This document shows positions 62,457-64,000 of a stretch of 64,000 bases of DNA, in pieces. Each line of letters begins with the position of its first letter. Position 1 is the first letter of the stretch. The notes beneath the pieces were generated by a model that worked only from the letters and a program-made list of their open reading frames with translations, did no database searches and was not told where the DNA came from. The stretch comes from Octopus sinensis (Eukaryota): contig NC_043007.1 of the NCBI RefSeq assembly GCF_006345805.1, forward strand, positions 35,898,001-35,962,000, written 5' to 3'. A program made the translations under genes and the position numbers.

Positions 62457-63016
62457 TATTGGGTTGTCCGGAAAGTTTGTGCCAATTTTTAAAAGAAAGA
62501 AAAAGGTCAATAGATACTTGCCATTATATTTTTAATCAACCAAATATGAACCATTTTGTTGCACAATGCATCTCCATCTTTCCTTTAACCTGAAAATACC
62601 CTCTTCCCAGAATTGAGGTGGTTTCATGACAAAGAATTCATCAAGGTATCTTTTTACGTCATCCAAGGAATTGAAATTTTTACCATTAAGACTATTCTGC
62701 AGAGACCTGAATAAGTGAAAATCCGAAGGAGCAACATCTAGTGAATATGGAGGGTTGGGTAACACATCCCAGCCAAGCTGCAGCAATTTTTGTCTGGTTC
62801 CCAAAGCATCAAGTGCCGAAAATGAACTTTCATATCTTCCATTTTAAAGGGTTACAGAATTAACACATGTTATAGGAGCATAAACCTTCTTCCACAAAAA
62901 GATAGCTTAAACTGTGCTCTAAATGGAGGTGTAGTCAAATCCTATTTTATGGACTCAACCATAAGTCGAAAGATGAGCTACTATAAATTGGCACGAACTT
63001 TCCGGACAACCCAATA
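62457..63016 (-). mobile_element. mariner deletion derivative (560 bp) with both TIRs
   Basis: 32-bp TIRs TATTGGGTTGTCCGGAAAGTT[T/C]GTGCCAATTT with one mismatch and TA ends; C-terminal WDVLPNPPYSLDVAPSDFHLFRSLQ; N-terminal MEDMKVHFRHLMLW. Confidence 0.93.
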
Positions 63017-63917
63017 TTTTCTTTGCTATGACCACAACCCCTTCACAACTGACCATATCTCCTCATATTCACCATTCACTACATTCACCTCTATCCTTAT
63101 CTCAAACTATCAGTCACTCTCTTTCAACACTCTTGCAAAAACTCAAAATCTTGGCTATAAATATAGTTAAGATCGCAAAATAGATTAATATTTTTTTTTT
63201 AAATATCTCCGTGGCAATCATAAAAATTCATTCTTGAAAATTGTTCCATTAAAAAATTCTTTATTGTTGTTGTATTTAATTTCAGGAATTCAACAAATTC
63301 GTTGAATGTGACAAATTTGTTGAATCTAATAAATTAATTAGAAGAAATTTTCTTTTCTTTTAATTCAATCTATTTTCTTGAGCTTTATTCTCATGAAATT
63401 TAGATTCTTCACGTATTGTTCCTTTCTTCTTTTCTTCTTTCTCTGTTTTTTGTTTGTGTGTGTGTGGGGTGGTGTGTGTGTGCTTGTATGTGCATGCTTG
63501 TGTGTTTGTGTGTGTGTGTGTGTCCAGCACTCACATATATATATAAACATACACATAGATAACAGAAAAGATACACACACACATACACACACATACACAT
63601 ACACACAAACATTGAGATATAAACAGATACAAATACATTCATATATAACCAAAATACACATACTGATATCATAGATACAGTCACATATACTTACATATGT
63701 ACATACATACACATACAAACACATATTTACATACGCATACACACATATGAATATAAACATACATATTCACACAAATAACAATGTATACACACATTCACAC
63801 ACATACCCACAACACAACCACACATATGCAGATTAGATAAAGCACATACTCACTTATAAATATATGAGACCAAAATAGAAATTTAATCCTTAAATAATAT
63901 TAAAATATTTTCCACAA

Positions 63918-64000
63918 ACAGGCGCGATAGTGGCTGTGTGCTAAGTAGCTTGCTTACCAACCACATGGTTCCAGGTTCAGTCCCACTGCGTGGAACCTTG
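63918..64000 (+). mobile_element. SINE family A head (runs off the window)
   Basis: GGCGCGATAGTGGCTGTGTGCTAAGTAGCTTGCTTACCAACCACATGG. Confidence 0.8.

Overview
AT-rich, microsatellite- and SINE-dense eukaryotic genomic DNA. The repeat families look like those of an octopod cephalopod; this is recognition from memory, not a database search. Almost all long ORFs in the supplied track are microsatellite artefacts or transposon debris. One real + strand gene can be assembled by hand from GT-AG, phase-compatible exons (25281-25342?, 37793-37858, 39919-39986, 42142-42264, 45364-45486, 46495-46617, 49347-49486; 705 nt, 234 aa). It encodes a putative secreted protein: signal peptide, 8-Cys EMI-like leader, one calcium-binding EGF, two further EGFs and a His/Tyr/Asp-rich tail. 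The rest is repeats: tRNA-derived SINEs, RTE-, CR1- and R4/Dong-like non-LTR fragments, mariner, Merlin, hAT and Helitron-like elements, and an orphan 28S rRNA fragment. The most interesting non-coding signal is a circularly permuted ~490-bp repeat carrying a type I hammerhead-ribozyme fold, with compensatory base changes between its two copies (1883-1940, 21300-21358), plus other decayed hammerhead-like motifs (Penelope/retrozyme-like). Also notable are a pre-miRNA-like hairpin (15859-15923) and a CpG-retaining domain (~8.5-17 kb). No CRISPR array or prokaryotic system is present. SINE and microsatellite boundaries are approximate.
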